Source: Octopus vulgaris (lineage: Eukaryota). Taken from it: DNA of 64,000 nucleotides. The translations under genes and the position numbers were made by a program. The DNA is taken from positions 118,978,001-119,042,000 of the forward strand of contig OX597816.1 of NCBI GenBank assembly GCA_951406725.2. The letters run 5' to 3'. Each line of letters begins with the position of its first letter. Within the stretch, counting starts at the first letter, position 1. A model generated the notes under the pieces. The model saw only the letters and a program-made list of their open reading frames with translations, searched no databases and was not told the DNA's origin. Of the stretch, positions 14,011-28,768 are shown one piece after another.

Positions 14011-14867
14011 CGCGTGCTCAAGATGCACACAGATGGACGAAACAGCTTTACATGCGCTCATACAGCTCGTGCGTACATACTTGTGTGTGTGTGGGTTTAT
14101 GTACTTGTGTGTATGAATATGTGTGTATGTTTGCTTGTGTGTGGGGGTTTATGTACTTGTGTGTATGATTGTGTGTGTGTGTTTGCTTGTGTGTGTGTGT
14201 GTATGTGAATTTCGTAAATAATTTGGTCAAAAAGTGGCACAAATAGAAGGCAAATAGAAGACTTTAAAAACATAAATAGATAGCTATATAGATAGATAGA
14301 GAGAGAGAGGGAGAGAGAGAGAGAAAGGTAGAGAGAGAGAAAGGTAGAGAGAGAGAAAGAAGAGAGAGAAACTTGTGTCCTGTTTCTGTGGTGGTGATGG
14401 TGGTGTTGGTTGTAGTGAGGGTGGTGGTGGTGGTGGTGGTGATGGAGCTCGGTGTTGTGATGAGGAAGAAACAAGGGAACACAAAGCAGGCAAAATGTCA
14501 TAACAAGTAAAGAAGCAATGAAAGAAAAGAATAAAAGATAATAAAAGAAAAGTGTGAGTGTGTGAGTGTGTGAGTATACGTGTATGTGTGTGTGTGTGTG
14601 GAGGGACTGGTACAAAATGTTCTGTTTTTTGCTCTCCTCTCCTCTCCTTCGCAATAACCAGAAAAATGATGTAAAATTTGAGGCTAAAGAGAGGTTAAGT
14701 AAATAGAAATATATGGAAGGAAAGAAAAAAAGCACATAAGAATAAAACAGAGAAATAGTAATTTTGAGTGAAATATGTAAAGACACTTTGTTTAACAGAC
14801 ATGTAGATGAGCATGAACAGGAGACAGTGCGTACCACCACCACCACCACCACCACCACTACTACTAC

Positions 14868-14937
<70 letters not shown>

Positions 14938-16769
14938 AATCATAATAATACTTTCTTTATTGGCTACGAGGGGCGAAAATATATTCAAGGCATATACACG
15001 TGTAGACGATTAATAACAGTAATTAATAAGAAAATTGATAACAGTAAAATTCCCCAGTAGAGGAGAGTACCATCCAGGAGCAACTAAGGAACCATGGTAC
15101 TGGATAAACCGACTACCAAAGGAACCACAAGGAAGGGCCCCTCTCCGACGCATTCTCTCTAGCTTAGAGTAGGCCCACTCACTCGGGCCATTCTCACAAT
15201 ATTCATTCCCACCTCCTTTCATGACATTTACTTGTGGAGACAGCACCTCCCTATCCACCGCCTTCATCCTTATATCTAACTTTAAAAAAGTCGACGTGGG
15301 CTGTAGCCAATGGACGGAAGAAAAACGCTTGTCCTTCCCAAACCAAAAAGATAGCAGGACAACCTACCTCTACCTACGATTGATCCAAGACTACAGTTCT
15401 GTCAAAGAAACGAGCTGTGGAAAATCGTGTCTGACAAAGTGACCACACCTGCTTACCGTTAAAGAAATGCTAGAGATATCGTCCGCACAATTATTCACTG
15501 ATATGTGGCGGATATTGACAGCTAATGGACCATGGAAAGCAGAAGAGCAAGCACCCCAGTCAGGTCAGCCGTGAAACGGGACAAATCACGGAAGTAAATG
15601 GCGGCTGGGATGTAGCGTTCGCTCTGGACTATAGCATTACGCAGGAGAGACGCTTTTTGATTACGTCGATCCCACTATTAGACTGGTGCTTTATTTGTCG
15701 ATCACGGAGGGAAGAAAGGCAAAGTTGACCTTGGTGCGATAACGAGTGAGATTTGGCAGCCATTTCTAGTCGTTAAGTCGATCAAGAGACCATCTAGCTA
15801 GAAGCTGGTCACTAGATCATGTGGAGGCTTCCTCGCCGATTAACCTTGTGGTAGCCATATTGGCTGGAAGAAAGTCCTCCTATAGCTGTATATTTGTAAG
15901 GTATGGAGATAGATGAAGAGTGGGGAGAGGATAAGGATAAAATGGAACACAAAAATAATAGAAAATCTAAACCTCTTCACCACACACATACATGCTTATA
16001 TACACATATATATGTTCATAGATACATACACACATGCATACATACATACATGCATGCGTACATACATAAATACACCCCTCACACAGATACATACACATAC
16101 ACACACATACACACACATACGTATAGTATAAGAGATAAAAGATGAGAAAGAAATGATGATTGAAAGTATATAAACAACGAGAAAAACACAAGAAAAGAAG
16201 GAAGAAAAAATAAACAAAATATGACTACAAAAATGAAGTTAAGAGAAGTAAAACAACGCCAACAACATAAAATAGTGAAGGAACGATCCTGCACCCCCCA
16301 GAACAAAACAAACACTATTCTCATCCACGACAAAAAATAAAGAACATGAAAAATAAAAATGAAAATAAAAAATAAACAAGTAAAAACAAAAAAACAATAA
16401 CAATGAAATAATATAAATAAATAAATGAGGGAGAAAAAAAACAATCAAGAAGACAAGACGAGAAGAGAGAATAAAAGTTACAGGTCTTTCTGTGCAGCGT
16501 ATAAAATATGGCTTCTTCAAACAGAACGACACGTTAACTTATTCGTCGAAATGACCCTGTTTTAACGAGTAAGCAGCAAATTATCTCCAGAGCTGTCAAG
16601 AATTGTCATCTTTGGAGACCTCCCTTATTCAAAGATGTCATCATCCCATTTCATCAAACTGGGCGCCTGAGATGAGAGTTGTGCGTGTAACGAAAATATT
16701 TACGCATTTCTTGGTTTCGTTTTTGTGCTCGTGAAAATATTTGTATGAGTGTGTACGGTGTGTGTGTAA

Positions 16770-16806
<37 letters not shown>

Positions 16807-16944
16807 AATGCTTGCGTGTGTGATCATCTCTCTCTCTCTGAAGTATTGCTGAACAAACTTCTTCGGCAGATTTTTTTTAAGCAGTTAGTCTTTCTAATCA
16901 TTTGATGAACATAATCAGAAGATTAGCGGAACAGCCATTATCCT

Positions 16945-17085
16945 GCTTATTTTATCGATACCTCGAAAAGATGAAAGGAGAAGTTGACCTCGGCAGGAGT
17001 TGAACTCTGGAACGCATAGAGTCAGAAGAAATGCTACTAAGCATTTTATCCTACGTGCTAACGGTTCTGGTCGCTCGGCACCTTA
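16945..17085 (-). mobile_element. SINE family B fragment
   Basis: GATGAAAGG...GACCTCGGCAGG...TGAACTC...CTAAGCATTTT...GTGCTAACG. Confidence 0.7.
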
Positions 17086-18243
17086 ATACTTTCAATTGTA
17101 TTTTCACAGGGTCAGCAATATTAGCAGGTTTAGTTGATTACAAGTACTCAAGACCTGGACGGCATTTGAACGCAGAAACGTCGGAGGAAATGCTGCTAAG
17201 CATTTTACTGACGATATATATATATATATATATAGTCAAATTGAAAATTAAAAGTAACAAACAACAAGAGGACATCCACTTAAAATGTATTAGTTTGACC
17301 TTCGATAAAAAGAGAGATTCTTTGGCCTTTTTGAGCATGGTGTACTTCTTTCAGTTTCCGTTCACCGAATCCACTCACAAGGCTTTTGTCTTTTGTATAT
17401 ATGTATGCATTTTGTAATTATATGAATGTTTCTCATATATAGTTGCAGTCACTTATCCAATGTTTTTCACAGTTGGACTGAACCCGGAGCCGTGTTGTTG
17501 GGAAGCAAACTTCTTACCACACAGCCACGCCTGTGTCTATATGGTTGTATATTTGAAATATGCTGCTTTACTCTATTATCACGTGTCTCTGCGTATCGGC
17601 AGTGTTCATGTGTCAGTCTATGTATATTATTGCTCTAAATCTGATTTTGTCCCCATCTACTTTTATTGGGCCTTCTCACTAAGTCGCTTTGCACGATGAA
17701 GTCTTTTCAATATAACAGAGAAACATTTATTCATATAATTACAAAATACATGCATACATAAATACAAACTTACATACATGCATACACACACACGTACACA
17801 TACACACGCGCACACACACGCACACGTACATACATACATGCATACAGACAGACAGACAGACATTACGTGTATGTGTATTACGTGCATTCTTCCTAGACAA
17901 ACGTATATATTTATATACATATATGCATATCTATAAATCTCTCTATCTATCTTTTTCTCCGTCTCTATCTGTTTGCCTGTCTGTCACTCTCTCTCCCCCT
18001 CTCTTTATATATATATCTACATAGCTATATCTATATCTCTGTGTATATGTGTACATATATATATATACATATATATACATACATATGTATATATGTATAT
18101 ATATATATATATCCATGTATATATGGATATAATATTATACATATATATATGTATGCATATATATATATGTTAATATATATGTATATATCCATATCTACAT
18201 ATATTTATATATCCATCTCTCTCTTTCTCTCTCTCTCTCTATG

Positions 18244-18307
<64 letters not shown>

Positions 18308-18893
18308 TTTATACACATGCACATTTATGAATTGACACAGAGAAAGAGAGAGAAAGGAAAAGAAAGGGAACGAAGTGGGAAGAGATTACAGACCGGTTAA
18401 ATTTTAATAAGTACTGTATAAGTATGCTAATATTCATGACAGTTGTATTGGAGAAATGCTGTCAAGCATGAACGGCTTTCGTCAGATAGCGTACCGCCCT
18501 GCATGTCGGGATTAAGAAACCAAATTTCATATTTCACTATCTTACATCTAATCATACGTCAATTTTTAATTTCTGAAATTAGCGTTTATTATTTTCTTTT
18601 CTTTTTTTTTCTTTTAAATATTTCTTCTTGCCATTAATCTGCTAACGCGCACATATATTCGTATGTGTTTGTATGTGAGTGCATATATGTATAAATGAGT
18701 ACATTGACATGTATATATCTATGTATGTCCTAATGTATTTGTAAGTGTGTATATATATATATGTATACGTATGTATGTATATATATATATATATATGTAT
18801 ACGTATGTATGTATATATATTTATATATATGTGTATACGTATGTATGTGTATATATATGCATATATATATGAATGTATATATATGTATACCTT

Positions 18894-18946
<53 letters not shown>

Positions 18947-19254
18947 TTACGTATACATACAAATACAACATAGCTTACAACCTGATGGAAATTATGGAAG
19001 ATGTCATCATATGGAATAAGAGTTAATAAATCATGTATATTAAAGAATAAAAATACAAACTACTGGAGTTAAAATCCAATCTTACATAGAAGTGGTACAT
19101 GAACAGTGTTCAGAGGAGAGCAATTTCGATTCTTCGTAACATCCATTATCAATGCTGTTAAAACAGAGGTCACTACATGATTTTTTTTACTGCTACTTTA
19201 TGCATGCGGCCTACCGCAGTATCAGTGGTCTATAGGAAATATTTTTCCCGAGTC

Positions 19255-19482
19255 ACATAGACTCATAGAACCGGTTTCCTAGTTTCCGTGGTGCATAGAT
19301 TCTCCCACTGGACGGAATGCCGGACCGTTGCAGGGTTACTCAGTTTTGTCAGCTGAGTGGACTGGAACAACATGAAATGAAATATTTTGCTCAAGAACAA
19401 AATGGTCGCCAAGTCCAAGAATCGAAATCGCATTCTTATGATTATGAGTCAAACACCCAAACCACTAAGCCACGTTCCCTCA
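19255..19482 (-). mobile_element. SINE family C, diverged
   Basis: CAGCTGAGTGGACTGGA...TGAAATGA...GCTCAAGAAC...AACCACTAAGCCACG. Confidence 0.75.
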
Positions 19483-19528
19483 CGTTTTCATAGTCTATGC
19501 GGTGAAATGATATAATGTGGGTGAGGAA

Positions 19529-19762
19529 TAGGATTAGGGTTTAGGATTTAGGATTAGAGTTAGCTTCAGGGTTAGGGTTTAGGGTTAGGGTTTAGGGTTA
19601 GGGTTTAGAGTTAGGGTTTACGAGAGGGGCTTTTGATTAGGGTTAGGGTTAAGTTAGGGTTTAGGGTTAAGGATAGAGTTAGGGTTTTGGGTTTGAGTTA
19701 GGGTTTAGGGTTAACGTTAGGTTTAGGTTTTAGAGTTAGGGTTAGGGTTAGGGTTAGGTTAG
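19529..19762 (+). repeat. Interstitial telomere-like array (TTAGGG / TTTAGGG, degenerate)
   Basis: About 230 bp of GGGTTA/GGGTTTA units with variants. Confidence 0.85.
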
Positions 19763-19794
19763 CTCGCCAACTAGTAGTATTATATTCAATTCTA

Positions 19795-20000
19795 CTTGGC
19801 GACACGTTAGCAGAATCGTGAGAGCATCAGACAAAACACTCAGCAGCATTTCTTCCGGGTCTTCACGTTCTGAGTTCAAATTCCTCCGGGATCGACTTTG
19901 TCTTTTAGCCGATAAAAAGTACCAGTCAAGTTCTGTGGTGTAATCGAATTGCCTCCTCTTCCCTATAATAGCTCTTCTCGTACCAACATTTGAAACAGTC
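19795..20000 (+). mobile_element. SINE family B, diverged
   Basis: GCAGAATCGT...CGTTCTGAGTTCAAATTC...GATAAAAAGTACCAG. Confidence 0.7.
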
Positions 20001-20697
20001 ATTTCCAATATTAATTAGTATATTAATTTTCAATTTGCTTTCAAAGATTATAGGGTGAATTTTGAAGGAGACCTGGCACTAATATTAGCAAATCGAACGT
20101 TAGCTCGAATTATTTCGATTGTGTGACGAAGAGCAAGCTTACAATTCTCTGAGAAAAGCAAATGTTTTTTTCTGGAATACACAATTTGTAGTCGTTGCTG
20201 CTTTTGTAGCTTATTTTGCTATTGTTACTCCTCAGATCAAATGTGATTAATGACCATCGCAGTCGTGACAATTCCGCCTTCCACATTACCATCGTCTATG
20301 TCTACATTATCCTATGTGTCTTTTTTTAAGACAATGTATTTTTTAAGGATATGTGGTTCCTATTTCCTGCAGGTCAATAAACTGAATAAGAGTTATCCAA
20401 AACTGTACTGTGAGATATTCTGTTCATCGGCTGTTGGCAACGATCACAACGTCTCTGGCGTTGTTAGATGGTATCGACTCCATCCTGTAAATACTAGTAG
20501 TGTTGAGCGGCATCGATGCTACCTGGCACCATCAAGATTATTTTGGTTCACATCATTGGTTTTTATTTCTTCCAATCAACTATGCAGCCACCTTACCAAA
20601 TTAAAGACTCGTTGCAACTATCCGACGACTATTTCCTTTTGCTACTTGTTGAAGATTTAATCTTAACTTTCAGCTTTGGTATTTCTCGGATGTTTTT

Positions 20698-20734
<37 letters not shown>

Positions 20735-20915
20735 TGTATGTCTGTCTGTATGTATGTATGTTTGTGTGGATGCATGTATGTATGCATGAATGTGTGGATG
20801 TATGTATGCATGTATGTACGTATGTAACAATATTAAATTATATTATGCTGTATATACATGTGTATGTGTATTTGTATGTGACTGTGTGTGTGTGCGTGTG
20901 TGCGCATGCGTATGA

Positions 20916-21130
20916 AGGCACGTGGCTTAGTGGTTAGGAGGTTCGAATCCTGATCGTAAGGTCGTGAGTTCAATTTCCGGCGGCGCGCTCTGTCCTAGAC
21001 CTGGACACCCCCAGTACTTATGTTAAAGTCTGGTACTTATTCTCTCGATCTTTTTTGCTGAACCGCTTGCTTACAGGGACCTAAACACACAAACACCTGT
21101 TGTCAAGCAGTGGTAGGGACAAACACAGAC
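20916..21130. mobile_element. SINE C head (+, 20916-20995) abutting SINE A 3' half (-, 21005-21130)
   Basis: GGCACGTGGCTTAGTGGTTAGG...GTGAGTTCAATT, then GGTACTTATTCT...GTTGTCAAGCAGTGG. Confidence 0.7.
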
Positions 21131-21539
21131 ACACATACTCAAGAGTTAAGGAATAGTATAGATAAAATCCGAGTTACATATGTTTCATTACCTATGTTTC
21201 ATTACATATGTTTCATTCATATCGGAGGGAGGTGTATACCGCAGGCTACTCTACAGGCCAGGGGTATCTTGATTAAATGAAATTTACGTTGTCGTTAGGA
21301 GGTACGTGTTAACATAAGAAAGATTTGATCAGATTGCTTGAAGCGGATTGTTTGAACCTCACTTTCTTCCTACACTTCTTTGGATCTTACATTTATGTAT
21401 GTATGCATATATGTATGGTTGTACGTATGTGTGTATGTATGTATGTATGTATGTATGTATGTATGTATGTATGTATGTATGTATGTATGTGTGTGTGTAT
21501 GTATGTATGTATGTATGTATGTATGTATGTATGTATGTA

Positions 21540-21570
<31 letters not shown>

Positions 21571-21597
21571 ATGTATGTATGTATGTATGTATGTATG

Positions 21598-21660
<63 letters not shown>

Positions 21661-21699
21661 TTATCTATCTATCTATTTATGTATCTATCTATCTATACA

Positions 21700-21840
21700 G
21701 AACGGGTTTCTTCAAGTTTCCGTCTACCAAATCCGCTCACAAGGACCGAGGTTAATGTAGAAGACACTCGTCCAAGCTGCTACGCATTAGGGCTGATCCT
21801 GGGACCATGTGGCTGGGAAGTAAACCTTTTACCACACAGC
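21700..21840 (-). mobile_element. SINE family A, 5' half
   Basis: GTTTCCGTCTACCAAATCC...GTAGAAGACACT...ACCATGTGG...TTACCACACAGC. Confidence 0.7.
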
Positions 21841-22655
21841 AACACACACACACACACATTCATACACACACATGTATGTATAGAAAGCGTATTTTCGTTA
21901 CAAAAAACAAACGCAAAACACAAAGCTACAACATAAAGAACTCAATACCAACTACGAAGATTATCGAGTATATGTTTATCATAAAACTGAACAGAATGAT
22001 TGCTTACATGTGATCCCTTTTATGTACCATCAAAAGAAGAACGCGAGCCATCACCAAAAATCTGAGAGTGATGGTGTATGTGCTTACGCGTAAGTGCATG
22101 CAAAACGTGAGAGTGCGCGTGATCGCATATATCAATTTCGGAGGTGATCGATATAAATATATAAAAAAAAAAAAAAATTCCGCTTGATTTCATTGAATTC
22201 AATCAAATAATACCAGTAATATTCAGAGATAAATTAGTGGACTGTAACTTCCCGTCTAATAACTTTCCATCTCCTACAAATGCGTTATTGTTTTTTTTGT
22301 CGACAAAAGAAATCAATATATTTTATATAAACGATATATTGAAATAAATAGCAGCATCATCCGTGCGATTACTCGATTATCAAGTTGGAGTTTCTTGTAT
22401 GTAAGCATGGATGTAATTATATGTATGTATGTGTGTGTGTGTGTGTGTGTATGTATTTATGTATATATGCATGCATGTATGTATGTATGTATGTATGTAT
22501 GTATGTATGTATGTATGTATGCATGCATGCATGTATGTATGTATGTATGTATGTATGTATGTATGTATGTATGTATGTATGTATGTATGTATGCATGTAT
22601 GTATGCATGTATGTATGTATGTGTGTATGTATGTATGTCTATCTATCTATCTATC

Positions 22656-22687
<32 letters not shown>

Positions 22688-22688
22688 T

Positions 22689-22722
<34 letters not shown>

Positions 22723-22851
22723 CTCTATGTGGATGTATATGAATAAGCATATGTGTATGTGTGTGTGCGCGCACACAGAGACACGCATGCATGTATATGA
22801 ATAAATATGTATATATGTGTGTATATATATATGTATATGTGTGTATATAGA

Positions 22852-22895
<44 letters not shown>

Positions 22896-23325
22896 TATAT
22901 ATATATATATATATGCATATATATATATATATTATAATATATATAATGTAATATAATGTATATATACACATCTACAGAACTGATGCTGCTGCTGTTGCTG
23001 TTGTGCTGGATATTCTATATTGTGTATATATTGTCTATATTCAGATTAGCAAAGCATTTCGGTAGATTTGTTTCTTTTAATGTGCCATCTAAAGCACTGG
23101 ACCATATTCGTTCCTTCTTAAAACTGTTTCTTCCATTATTTTCTTCGTGTATAGGAACCAATTCAGGCAGGGGATTTAAATTTATGCAAATACAACAGAG
23201 AGAAGATGGAAAGAAAGGAATTCCATGTGGACATTCTGTTTTTTAGTCGTATGACATATGGTGTATATATGTACATGTATGCATATGTGCTTATATATCG
23301 TATATAAAAGCATATATCTGTATGC

Positions 23326-23376
<51 letters not shown>

Positions 23377-23393
23377 TATATATACATATATAA

Positions 23394-23458
<65 letters not shown>

Positions 23459-23878
23459 GGAAGAGAGAGAAATATATATATATGTGTATATATATAAGCA
23501 TATACCTATATGAATATATGCATATATATGTATATGCATGTACGTATATATATGTGTGTGTGTGCATACGTATATATGTATATGGATATGTATGTATTTA
23601 TGTACATATATAAAAGTGTGTATTAGTGTGTGCTTGTATAAACATAAACATGTACAATACATATATGTGTACATCTACGTTTATATGCACATACATATAT
23701 ATATATATATAAATATATATAAACACATATATATATATACACACACTCACACATATATATACACACTCACACATATATACACACACACACATATATATGC
23801 GCTTTATTCGTGTACATGTATGTTTATGTATACGCAAAACACATATAACTTATCAACGCAAACACATATAGGTCTCTC

Positions 23879-23969
<91 letters not shown>

Positions 23970-24143
23970 CATACATAAATATATATATACGTATATATGT
24001 ATATGTATATATATATATGTGTGTATATATATATACATTATATATATACATATATATGAATATTTGGTAAGACAACATTCAGATTTCTGCGCATAAACTT
24101 GTCTAAGAGAAACACGCGTGCATTTACACACGCACACCACACG

Positions 24144-24174
<31 letters not shown>

Positions 24175-24694
24175 GCACGCACACTAACACACTGTGTGCA
24201 CACATTTTCAGCAATCAAGCCTCGCTGGCATATTTATTTTAAGCCATCACAAACAACAACTGTAGCAATATTTATTATAAACTCTAATAGATTCATTTCT
24301 AAAGGATATCTATTATAATCTCCCATAAACATTGCTGTGACATATTTGTTAAATGTTCTCTCAAGCGCACCTTCCTATATCTATAAGTTCTTATCAAATT
24401 GAATTGTCTAATGCTTTAGGAATCAATACAAATAAATTAAAGAAACAAACAAAAAGCGATTTGATATATAAAAGGAATAAAAAAATTATAAAGGAACAAT
24501 AAAAACAAAACTTATAGAATAGTTCAGGATAGAGAGAGAGAGAGAGTGAGAAAGAGAGGGAGGGGGAAGGGGTAGAGAGAGTGAGACATAGATGTGTAGT
24601 TTAGAAGTTGCCTATTAATTGCGTGGTTGTGAATTCGATCCCACTGCAAAGCCCTTTAGCTGTCTTTCGTCGAATGTGTGTGTTTGTATATATA

Positions 24695-24846
24695 TATAAT
24701 TATAAGCATAATTATAATCAGGGGTCAGCTAATTGCTTCGCCACGCACCGAATTTAGAAATAGTAGTTAAAATATTTATGGTAGCGGAAAAGATATTTTA
24801 ACTACTACTTCTAAATTCGGTGATTATAATTATGTTTATAATTATA
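24695..24846. repeat. Imperfect inverted repeat (fold-back) next to TA tracts
   Basis: CACCGAATTTAGAAATAGTAGTTAAAATAT (24746-24775) pairs with 24793-24822. Outer arms are TATAATTATAAGCATAATTATAATCA / TGATTATAATTATGTTTATAATTATA. Confidence 0.8.
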
Positions 24847-24950
24847 GATTATTTGTATAATTTTACTTTAAAATGTTATTTTAACGCAGCGAACTACTTA
24901 GTAAAATTATTAATTATTAATTAATTAATTAATTAATTTTACCCTTTTAT

Positions 24951-24981
<31 letters not shown>

Positions 24982-25349
24982 GTGTTATAACGTAAGACGA
25001 AAGATATACTCAGAATATAACTTTATAAAACGTACTAAATATTGCATAATTCGAAACTGAAGTGCAAATTGTAACTCCAATTTTCCCACGATGCAAAATG
25101 AACTGTCTGTACCACAGTTAGAGTCTAAGGCGAAAACAGAGTCAATCAACAACAATGAGTCGGTGTATATTACGTCACCTGGTAGAGTCCATAATTTATT
25201 TTTTCTTCGGACGAATCGACGTAAGCGCAAATAATCAACATCACGTAATCGAATCGTATCAACGGATTGGATGACAATAATGTTTTGTGTCGAGACAGCT
25301 GGGTTGTCCCAATAATATATATATATGTGTGTGTGTGTAATGACATAAT

Positions 25350-25565
25350 AATCCTTTCTACAAGGCCTCAAATTTGTGGAGAGGGGACCAGTCAATTCCA
25401 GTACTTACATCGACTCCAGTGTTCCACTGGTACTTAATTTATCGACCCCGCGAGGATGAAAGGCAAAATCGACCTCGGAGGAATTTGAACTCAGAACGTA
25501 GCGGCAGACAAAATACCGCAAAGCATTTTGCCCGGCCTGCTAACGATTCTGCCAGCTCGACGCCC
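25350..25565 (-). mobile_element. SINE family B
   Basis: CTGGTACTTAATTTATCGACCCC...GAATTTGAACTCAGAACGTAGCGGCAGAC...CTGCCAGCTCG. Confidence 0.85.
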
Positions 25566-26659
25566 TCCACAGGCGAATTACCGCTAAGCATTTCGCCCAG
25601 CGTGCTAATGTCAAGGCATTAATAATGAAGAATGGAGTGTTATACATCTTTAAAATATTTTAAATTGAAGAGTATGTTCTTCATATTACATTTCAACTTG
25701 TGTTTCTGAATAATAAGTGTCTTAGTCTCCTTTGGTAAAATAGTTTTGCGTAATTAGTTAATCTATATTAAATCAATTGTAGTACACGTTCAAATCTATA
25801 GGTTGACAATCATATACGGCTTTATTCAGGGAGTTTCCTATACGGGTGGATGACGGAGCTGAAGGTTGGAGTATTAAAAATAAGTTCCTAAGATATACAC
25901 TTGGTGAGAGAATATATAAGAATAGGGCAAAAGACAGGGGAGATGTTAGTGAAATATGATGCGTTCATAGTTCAAATTTCCTTTAAGCTTAGAATAACCT
26001 CTTTAGACATTAAGGAAATAGATTACTAAATTAACCTTGACAGTAAAAGGCACCTTAGATGCGTCTGGGTGTATTAACATCACTGACCGCTCATACTAGA
26101 AAAAAAAAATATATGTAGTAAATGGACAGATTTAAAAACTCGAAACAAAAGAGGAAGCTACTAATACATTTGTTGATTACCTTTGTCTTGAAGCCATTGT
26201 TCCAGCGTAGTCATAGTTATAATATAAATAAAAAAATGTTTATTTTTGTTTTAATATATCGTTTCTATGATTGGAACTTAAGTTAAACGTAAAGTCTGTC
26301 TGGAGGCGACAGATCTATTAAGCCGGAGCTTATTCCGTTTCCTTTGCGTTTAAAATACTGAGAGTACAAGCCCCGCTCCTGGAAGGGAGGATAGTCGGAC
26401 GTAGGGTTAATTCCCATCTATTTCTGGTTATATTTCTCAGCTGAGTAGAATGGAGTAACATGAAATGATTTGCTATGTTCTAGTCTTCAAAACGTTACGT
26501 GGTCCAGGAATCGAACGCTCGGCTTAACGATTGCGAACCTAATATCTTAACCCCTGTATCATGCGACATTGGAAAAACGCCAGTAATTTGGAACTGAGAT
26601 AGGTAAAACTGATAGCATAGGTTTCTAGCATCTGTGTGATATTCATTTACTTTTTATTT

Positions 26660-26808
26660 GGTTGTTAGGTTTAGAAGTTCGCTTTGTAACAACATGATTT
26701 CAGGTTCAGTCTGTGCAGAAGACACTTGGGCAAGTGTCTTCTACAATTGTGCCGGGCCGACCAATGCCTTGTGGGTGAATTTAGTAGACGGAAACTATTT
26801 GAAAGTTC

Positions 26809-26850
<42 letters not shown>

Positions 26851-26851
26851 T

Positions 26852-26898
<47 letters not shown>

Positions 26899-27195
26899 TG
26901 TGTGTTCATATGTATGCACATATATGTGTGTGTGAATGTATGAACGCGTCTTTATTTCGGTATTGGTTTGTTTATGTCCCCACAAATTAGTGGTTCAGTA
27001 AAATTAGTGGTAAGCCGGCAAAATCGTTAGCAAGATGGATAAGTGTTTAGCGGCATTTCTTACAAGTTTCTGAGTTCAAATGACCCCCAAGGACGAGTTT
27101 ACTTTTCATGTTTCCGGGGTTGATAAAATGAGTATTCGATGTAATCGGCTTCCACTTCCCTCAAAACCGCTGGTCTTCTGCTAAAATTGGAAAGA
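26660..27195 (+). mobile_element. SINE A fragment (with CA microsatellite) followed by diverged SINE B
   Basis: GGGCAAGTGTCTTCTAC...GGCCGACCAATGCCTTGTG, then ATCGTTAGCA...CTGAGTTCAAAT...GGGGTTGATAAAATGAGTA. Confidence 0.65.
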
Positions 27196-27539
27196 ATATT
27201 ATATAATTATTGTTCTTAAAATATAACATAAGAATATAAAATATTAGACCCCCTCACTACTAATTATCATGTGTAACAGGCAAAACACCTCATATTTTAG
27301 GGAAAGGTTAAATCGAGTAAATTGATGCATGTGTACCAAACGTAGTAACTTGCAGTGCTGGTTCTGAAATTCTATTGAAAATCTGGAGAGATAAACTTAA
27401 AAATGAAAACATCGAACTGGTAACAAGATTGACTTGTAGACATTTAATGTACTTGTTAGTATATTATGGTGGGAGAAAGAAACATTGTGTCCTTGCTAGC
27501 AATTAATATATATATATATATAATTATTAAACAGCCATA

Positions 27540-27930
27540 TTTAACTCTCTATCTTCGGTGAGCTTCTCGTAAAATCAAATAGCATCAGAAGCTTAGGTGT
27601 AATTGTAGACAACAATTTAAGTGGAGCGCATACATCAACAATAAAGTCAATATCGCCCACAGAATGAGCTTGTGAACCCGTAGAACTTTCCAATGCAGAG
27701 ATCTTGATGCCATCAATCTTGTCTTGTATGTTGGTCAGATCTCACCTTGAATATTGCTGTCCACTATGGTTTGTGTTCACGTAACAAAAATATTATGAGA
27801 AGTGAAGTCCCTCGGAGATCGATAAGAAAGAAAGATAAATAAATGATATGGCAAGCCTTGACTGTTAGGATCGCTTCAAAAGACTTAAACCTTTTTTCTC
27901 GCTAACGCATCTGTGAGCTCTACATCATTT
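27540..27930 (+). pseudogene. Degenerate CR1-group LINE ORF2 fragment (related to 45670-47265)
   Basis: Broken translation SNSIRSLGVIVDNNLS...HINNKVNIAHRM...RTFQCRD...HLEYCCPLW matches the region after FADD in the 482-aa ORF. Confidence 0.75.
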
Positions 27931-27979
27931 GTACATTTGTACACATAAATATGTATGAATGTAAAAATATAAAACGAAA

Positions 27980-28290
27980 GGATAAGTCGACCTTGGCTGA
28001 ATTTGAACTTAGAACGTAAAGACGGATGAAATACCGCTAAGCATTTTGTCCGGCGTGCTAACGATACTGCCAGCTCGCCACCTTAGTAATCCTTCTATAG
28101 TCATAAGACTTGAAATTTTGTGGTAAGAGGTTAGTCGATTACATCAATCGGAGCCCTCGACTGCTACTTATTTTATCGACTCTGAAAGGCAAAGTCGACG
28201 TCGGCAGTATTTGAACTCAGAACGTAAAAATGGACGAAATGTTACTAAGCATTTTCCACGGCGTGCTAATGTTTATGTCAGCCTGCTGTC
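27980..28290 (-). mobile_element. Two tandem SINE family B copies
   Basis: Two occurrences of GTCGAC...TTTGAACT...AGAACGTAAA...CTAAGCATTTT...GCGTGCTAA. Confidence 0.8.
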
Positions 28291-28768
28291 TCAATAATAA
28301 TAATACCCATTTTTAGTGATAAATTTGCCAACATGCCTTAAGGCACTTGCAAATCTACTAACGGACTGACGAGGAGAATTATAAAATGATATTTATTATA
28401 ATAAATAATTACATTACATCACATTTCATTCTTCTGCAGTTTCATATCAGAAGAGAAATATTTTAATTTTCAAATACCTTTATCGGAATAATTCAATATT
28501 ATTGACACTGTTTGGAAATTGATGAAATGTAATGAACTGCAACAGTGTGGTTAAGAAGCTCGTTTTTCAACCACGTGATTTCAGGTTGAGTCCCACTGAA
28601 CGGCAAGCCTCGTGGGTGGGTGGATGGTGTAGACGAAAATCGAAAGGAGCTAGTATATATATATATATATATATATATTTATAAATATTATCAACTACGC
28701 ATACTTAACGTATATGCCCTGTGTATTTGCTAGCTGCGATATGGCGTGGTGGAGATTATTTTCTTATA

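Noticed and set aside
15050-15530. Possible L1/Tx1-like 3' relic, and possible Tc1-like remnants near 20220-20640 and 53700-53850
   Set aside because: Motifs are too degenerate to call without a profile search.
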